This document shows, piece by piece, positions 52,445 to 64,000 of a stretch of DNA of 64,000 nucleotides. Below the pieces are notes generated by a model, which did not search any database, had not been told where the DNA came from, and worked only from the letters and a program-made list of their open reading frames with translations. Source of the stretch: the human T2T-CHM13v2.0 reference genome, Homo sapiens; assembly GCF_009914755.1 (NCBI RefSeq), contig NC_060947.1; one strand, 5' to 3'. Both the position numbers and the translations under genes were made by a program. Numbering within the stretch: the first letter of the stretch is position 1; each line of letters begins with the position of its first letter.

Positions 52445-53269
52445 AGGGCTTACCCACACAGAAGGGGCAGGTGTGTTGTGCTTACTACCTTCCCCACGTT
52501 ATCCAGGGTAGAGGTCAACACCTATAAACCCTCCAGTATGCTTTGATAAAAAGGGTCTCAGATGATTCTGATGATATGCCTGGAAAAGAAGATGATGAAC
52601 TTAAGGGGATGATGTTACTTGTTGACCTTTTTTAAAAAGATTGGTGGGCATAGAGCCTGGGGATTCAGACAAAGAAAACTCAGGAAGGATAAAGAGCACA
52701 TGCTAAATCCCTACTTTTGGCCAGGCAGTGTAGGCTGCAAGAGTGAAAAAACAGATTTCCTCTAGAGCTGAGGCCTTTGGGAAGATGCCCTAGAGGAAGA
52801 GAGACCAGAATGCCATGTGGTGAACTTTTGGCTTTATCAAAATGTGCAGCCAAGTATAAGCATGTTCCAGTGTCATATACAGGAGCTGTGAAATCAGTAG
52901 AGGGCTCTAACATTTCCAGAATTTTTGCTCCATTTTTAGGCATTAAGACAAAATCTACCTTGGATATTACAATTCTGGAATTCAGGGACTAAAAGGAGGC
53001 TTCTCCATTTCAATTTTATAAATCAGTTTCCTAGCTTATAGTTGGAACTCCTAGTGTAGACAACTGAATTCCTGAGACTGTCAATGTGAACAATACTTGT
53101 CTCTACCCTTGTTAGATAGCACATTTTGTTTTATTGTGTACAAAGCTGATTGCTTACCTATCTATGCTCCCTCCAGCCTCTGAACTGGAAAAAAACAGAA
53201 CTATATTGTCTTATTACAAAATTATTGCAATCTGAGGCAGAATGGGTGAATTAGAGAGGTAAGGAACAG

Positions 53270-53412
53270 TCATATTTATTGACACAACAACTCTATTAGG
53301 TAGGTATTATTATTTCCATTGTACAGGTGAAGAAATCCAGTCAGTAGCTGGGCCAGGATTACAGCCAAAAATTCTCTGGCACCAAAGTTTGTGATCTTTT
53401 TTTCTGCTACAG
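53270..53412 (-). mobile_element. MIR
   Basis: 'cacaacaactctattaggtaggtattattatttccattgtacaggtgaagaaa'. Confidence 0.75.
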
Positions 53413-53500
53413 CATTGGTACAGAGGTGAAGAAGAGAAATTACATCTAGTTGAAGAAATCTGGAAAAGACATTATATTTGAGCTTGACCTTGAAGAAGGA

Positions 53501-53961
53501 TGTAAAAAACATTCCTAAGGCTGCCATAACAAATTACCAGAAACTGGGTAACATAAAACAACAGAAATTTGTTCTCTTACAGTACAGTAGGCTAGACATT
53601 TAAAATCAAGCTGTTGTTTTGGCCATTCTTCCTCTGAAGGCTCTAGAGAAGAATCCTTCCTTGCCTCTTCTTAGCTTCTGGTGGTTGCCAACAATCCTTG
53701 GTGTTCTTGGCTTGTTGCTGCATCACTTCAATCTCTGCCTCCATCACTACATGGCCTTCTCACCTGTGTGCCCGTGTCTCTGTTATTTCACGTGACTTCT
53801 TATAAGTCTTATATAATCCAGTCATTGGATTACAGCCCATTCTAATACAGTATGTTCTCATGTTAACTAATTACATCTGCAAAGACCCTATTTCCAAATA
53901 AGATCACATGCTGGTGTTCCAAGCGGATGTGAATTTAGGGGGAATCACTTCAACTCAGTAA
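53501..53961 (-). mobile_element. MaLR solo LTR (MLT1B/C-like) nested in an L2 (~53420-54250, minus)
   Basis: 'ggctgccataacaaattacc', 'ctctgaaggctctagagaagaatcc', 'tacatctgcaaagaccctatttccaaataag'. Confidence 0.9.
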
Positions 53962-54694
53962 AGATGGATATATGTTTAGCAGATAGATATGGGAGGAAAG
54001 GCTTCTCAAGATAACAGAATAAATGGAACAGCATGAATAAAGAGGCAGAAACAGTAAAACATTGGAATTATTTGAAAAATAGTAAATGGTTTGCTGTGGC
54101 AAGAAAAGAGGTAAGGGTATATAATCAGGTTGAGACCAGAGCACAAAGGGCCTAGAATAATTTGCATTGGGAGAACACCAGTAGATGTAGTTCTAAACAC
54201 TTGGTTAGAGACTTTGATGCATAAGGCAAAAGGAATACTCAGTTTTTTGTGCTTCTGTCCATGTATTGACTCTGAAAACAGCAGTGGTAGCATTAGCAGA
54301 AAACAACTTACATACACAATCCTCTCCCTCCCCATCCCCTACAACAGAAGGATGTTAAAAATGGAAATGTATGGAGCAAGTTCCACATTCTTCTCTATTA
54401 CTAGAATCATTCAAATATGTGTTTCCATCATTCAGACATGACAAATAGCCAGGGATCCTCCTCTATGATTCAGAAATGCATTGAATCAATGAGTGAGCTG
54501 CAAAATGACCTCACATATCAAACAGATATATTCTGTGAGTACCATTCCTGAACACAGAAGAGAAATCTATCAAAAAATAAACCCACAAAACTATCTTTCA
54601 CCTTTTTAAGGATGTAACTCATTTGAAATTGGATATCTCACTTTAGTTTACTATTACATATATGTCATTACAAATATGAGGTTAACCAATAAGT

Positions 54695-54885
54695 ACCATT
54701 TTGAGTGCCTATGATGTTAGCTAGTGCGTTCATATTCTTTGAAGCACTCATATTCTCCAATATTTATGTAAACCTCTTTCGATAGATGATAGGAGTGAGC
54801 CTCACAGCAATCAAGTCATATGTCCTTGTATTCAAGTTCTATGTTTGTTTTATGTCAAAGTCCCTGCTCTTTTCACTGTACACTG
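54695..54885 (-). mobile_element. MIR (degraded)
   Basis: 'accattttgagtgcctatgatgttag...tattcaagttct...tcaaagtccctgctctttt'. Confidence 0.55.
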
Positions 54886-55284
54886 ACTTAAAAACCTCTT
54901 CAACATCTGCATTTACCCACATTTAATGAGCACATTGTGTTTCTGGAAAAGCATTACATGTATTCCTTCATATAATTTCAGTTTTCAATGATAAAATTGT
55001 CCTTTATGCCAGGGAGTTTTATAATCATATCTGTCATGTCTGTGCTTGGAGATTCAGTTATTAGTATTACTCAAAATAATAAAGATGCGATTTTAGACAT
55101 ACAGAAAGAACTGTTTGTAACTATAGCCTACCCCTTCTTAATGGGTCATCTCTATGTCAATGGTTCTGTTTGAAGTCTAGTAGGGGAAGAAAAGGTAACC
55201 CTTCCTATATTTGCTTCTGGCACTAAAAACTCTTGGTGAAACTGGTATAATATGAATGAAAAGTATTGTAAGTACAACAGACAC

Positions 55285-55525
55285 CACTCGTTGAGGGCTT
55301 ACTATGTGCTATGCCCTGTGTTAAGAAGTGATCATATACTTGCTTATTTAATAATGATCCTGTGACATAAGTTGGTGTTATTATCTCCTTTACACAAATG
55401 AGAGAATTGATACACAGAAAGATCAAGTGACTTGCCTAAGGTCACGCTGCTGGGACTGGAGTCAGAAATTGAACAAAGATCTGTTGAACTTCAAAGCTGT
55501 CTTGTTGAATTCTATAGTACTCCGC
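55285..55525 (-). mobile_element. MIR
   Basis: 'ttgagggcttactatgtgc...aagtgacttgcctaaggtcacgctgc'. Confidence 0.85.
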
Positions 55526-55632
55526 CTCCCATCAGCTTACTCTGATAACAATTATCTCATGGACTAATGCATCCTCTATAACAAGTAAGGCAAAGCCAGA
55601 TGCATGCTGTAGTCGTTAAAATGTAGGCTCTC

Positions 55633-58410
<2,778 letters not shown>

Positions 58411-58452
<42 letters not shown>
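58411..58452 (+). repeat. (GA)n microsatellite at the tail position of the old L1
   Basis: (GA)17 then ggagagag. Confidence 0.95.
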
Positions 58453-58467
58453 CATACAAATTACTGA

Positions 58468-58915
58468 AGAGCAAGCTTTAAAATCAAACAGACTTGGGTT
58501 GAATCCAGGCTTCATCACTTAATTTATTCCATGAATATTTATTTACTGAGTCTCTGTTGTATGACAAACGCTGTTCTTATTGCTGAGGATACAGCACTGA
58601 CCAAAACGGACAAGTATTACTGCCCACACAAAGTTGTTTAGATAATTTTTTAAGCATAATGAATAAGTCACTGAAAATTTTTAAGACAGAAAGTGATTCA
58701 AGTTGCATTTTTTAAATACCATTTTCATCCCTGTTCAACACTAAAAAAATCCCTTACCAGTTGTGTGGCCTTAGGTAAGTCACTTTATCTCTTTAAGTTT
58801 TATCTTCTTTGTTTTAAAATTAGGGAAAATATTAATGCCTGTTTCAAATATTGTCATAAGGATTATGGAAATATAGGTAGCAACTGACACTGAGAAGTTA
58901 CTCAGTATCTATTAT
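58468..58915 (+). mobile_element. MIR split by an L2 3' fragment (~58522-58640, minus)
   Basis: 'cagacttgggttgaatccaggct'; 'atatttatttactgag...gaggatacagcactgacc'; 'tgtgtggccttaggtaagtcactt'. Confidence 0.65.
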
Positions 58916-59321
58916 TGTGATCTATTGTGAGATAATTCTACTTTATTACATATATTGCTAAACTTCATTACTTAGAATTCAATCATAAAATAGAGAGAAT
59001 GCATTTTTTAAAATGATCTGAGAGATCAGCTGGGGAAACTAATTAAAAGCAGATCCCTCAACGTTCACCCTATTCTGTATTACATGCCTTGTGGATCTGA
59101 TATCAAGCCACTAAAGCAAAACAAAATGAATTTTCTGTGGGGAAAAATACCGTCTTTGAGGACCACTAGCAACGTTTTCTTATTTTCTCTGTGTGAAAAT
59201 CACCATGTTTGAATGATGTAGGAAGTCATAGGCCTCATTAATGGAAAGACACTTTCAAACTATAAGAAGTTCCAAGACTGAAAGCAGGGAGGAAAGGGAG
59301 AATCTTTACAACTCCCTGCAT

Positions 59322-59500
59322 CAGTGGTTCCCACACTTGACTGCTGATCAGAATCACCTGGGCGACTGGACATATAGTATAGATCCTGTGACTATCCCCT
59401 AGATCTCCTCAATCAGACTGTCTGGGAATTGCAACTGCACATCTACACTTAAAAAATAACTTTTAAGATAATTTTGACACACTCAGGTCCTGAGTCAGCA
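59322..59500. mobile_element. MER5A-like hAT MITE
   Basis: 'cagtggttcccacacttgactgctgatcagaatcacctggg', 'aatcagactgtctggg'. Confidence 0.8.
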
Positions 59501-59769
59501 TAAAGAACACGTGCTCAAGCACAAACTCTTCATTGCCTAGTGGGGAAAATTAGTCCATAGAGACGGGAGGGAACTAAATCATGTTTCACACAACAGTTAT
59601 CGGCTAAACCAATGCTCCTTAACCCATTCCCTGCCATGTTTCCTGTGTTCCCTCCGTTCAACAGGGATACAGATAATTGGTGGTGAATACAACATTCAGA
59701 ATACAGAGTCTTCTGTGGGGTCCTGATGAAGATAGGCAAAATAGCAAACGTTTGGTAGTCTCTCTTTTA

Positions 59770-59950
59770 GTCCTCAAAAGACTCTCCTAATGTGGGTATT
59801 ATTTTCTCCAATTTGATTGATGAAAGCATGGAGGCCCAACAAGAATAAGTTAACTCGACCAAGGTTACACAGGTAGTAAGTGGCAGAGCCATGATTCAAA
59901 TTCATGTCCGACAGGATACAAAGTGTGTGCTCTTAACCACAACACCACAC
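59770..59950 (-). mobile_element. MIR
   Basis: 'ccaaggttacacaggtagtaagtggcagagccatgattcaaa...gctcttaaccac'. Confidence 0.85.
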
Positions 59951-60814
59951 CACTCTCCTGGTTTGAAACTCTGGCCTGGCAATTTTTAATTAGTTTTTAG
60001 TTCCCTGGATAGGCTGAAGTTATCTCTAAGTAGGTCTCTGGTTTGTCAGATGAACTATCTTTGTTTCTGAGGTAGCACAGAGAAATTCCACCCAAAGAAA
60101 CATCAGTCTTCAACTCAGGAAGTCTAAAGACCACCTTGCCTCTAACCCTAAGAAAGGGGTCTGTGCACTGCCTTTCTACTTTCTTGAGTTTGTTGGTTTG
60201 TTTCTTCCTCTCCACTTTGGTACTCTGAAGCAATGTCCTCATCCTGCACCAATACACAAGAAAGAGAGACCAGGAAAGACTAGGCTTGGCTCGCCCATAG
60301 TCAGGTCAATAACAGGTAGATACTTCAGCTGAGGCTCAGTTGGGTTTCTTGACAATTACAAAGAAGGTTGGAAGACTGGGATGGAGACAAGCCCAATAAT
60401 AGCTTAGGTCGTTTTGCCAGTGGCCTGAAGCCAAACAAGCACCATACCAGGGCGAGCACCAGATACTGCTTCTTTAAGAATTAGGGGCAGAGAGTGTGTC
60501 TGTGGGAGGCCAACAGGATGGCACTTTGTCGAGGAAAAAGAGGATGCTTTTGACTATGATGTATATTTGAATAAAATACATGTTGTAAAATGGAAACAGT
60601 TCACAAAGACACGAGAACCAGCAGAAATAAGACAGAAAGAAGGAAGGCCTTGACGGAGTGACAAAACACAAATCAGCTGTATTTCCTTTGCCTGTTGCTC
60701 AAATGGGGGTGATTATTTATAATTGTGGGTTTAAATTACATTTGTCCAGGATCTTTGAGAAGTTACTGTGGTATGAATGTAGGAGGTTTACAATTAGAAG
60801 AGAAGTGAGGGTTG

Positions 60815-61147
60815 GCTGAGACTCTGTCCTAGGGATCAAGGGCATGGGTTCCAGTCTCAGCTGTGCACTGACTGGATGCATGGCCTTGAGTTAGTCAACT
60901 CTGCTCTTTTTGGATCAATTTTCTCATATAAAGAAATACAGGAATTAGACCTAGATCATGAGCTTTCAAACTGTGTTCCTCAGAACCTCCTCAGGAACCA
61001 CTCTGAGCGACGTAGGGGTGTGCATGACTCAGTCTCTCCCTTCTTTTTACCCACCCTTTTCAACCAGGGATTCTCTGGTTAAAATAGTTTTCAAAAACCA
61101 GTGAATTCGATGATCTGTAGGGTTGTCCAAGCACTGAAATTCTGTGG
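60815..61147 (+). mobile_element. MIR3 split by a hAT-Charlie MITE (MER112-like, ~60957-61103)
   Basis: Insert 'catgagctttcaaactgtgttcc...tttcaaccaggg...tttcaaaaaccagtg' lies between MIR3 halves 'gacctagat' and 'gatgatctgtaggg'. Confidence 0.65.
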
Positions 61148-61179
61148 TCTTCACATACTATGGACATGCATCCAAGACT

Positions 61180-61305
61180 TGGCTAAACCCTTGAGACTCC
61201 TGTAACTGGATGATAAATTATATATGTAAAAGTACACATTTCTGGAAGAAGTGTTCATAGCTTTCGTCAGATTATCAAGAGTCAATGATCCCTCCTAAAA
61301 GGGAT
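61180..61305. mobile_element. hAT-Charlie fragment
   Basis: 'tttctggaagaagtgttcatagctttcgtcagattatcaagagtcaatgatcc'. Confidence 0.55.
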
Positions 61306-61763
61306 TTCAAAAGTCCCCATATGCTCTAAATCAATTACACTGTAATCAAGATTCAGTACACGTTAGGACATTAGTATATGCCTACGGGGAAAGAAGAGAA
61401 GAAAGGAAAAGGAAAAAAGAGCGAGAGAAAGATCAGCCCACATCTAACCTATCAAATCAGAATTAGAGAAATCATCAAAAGCCACACACAGTCTCTTCAA
61501 ACAGGAGACTGGAAGTATTGTCCAAGCTAATTAGACCATGTTGTAGTGAGAAGAAACAATTAATATATCCATGACACAGTATCAAAACATATAAATGATT
61601 TCATGGTATTCAGAGAAGCTTGGCACAGCTGCTGGGTGCATTTTGTGAAAAGATGGATGAAGAATGAAGAGACACAGGAATATATTTACTTTTCATCTCC
61701 AAATCAGACATATGTGCAAATCAAGATGAAGAAAGCAGATGGGAGTTAAAAGTTCAGACATCA

Positions 61764-64000
<2,237 letters not shown>

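Overview
Primate, very probably human, non-coding genomic DNA (intronic or intergenic). It is AT-rich and CpG-depleted, with no CpG island, no recognisable host protein-coding exon and no RNA gene. Content is mostly transposon fossils: five Alus, several L1s from old L1M to L1PA, many L2 and MIR fragments, MaLR/ERVL solo LTRs, hAT-Charlie MITEs and microsatellites. The only protein-like ORFs are broken L1 ORF2 fragments; the others are Alu-derived or chance. I found no evidence of a new gene system. The best signals are (1) three short local dispersed duplications plus fold-back insertions resembling templated DNA-repair scars, (2) a twin-primed L1 inversion with TSD, (3) Alus with lost tails or an inserted G4/GC-box, (4) a (GGAA)13 tract, and (5) AP-1/ARE and RFX motif clusters in unique sequence. 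Subfamily names and the boundaries of old repeats come from recalled consensus sequences matched by eye, so they are approximate.
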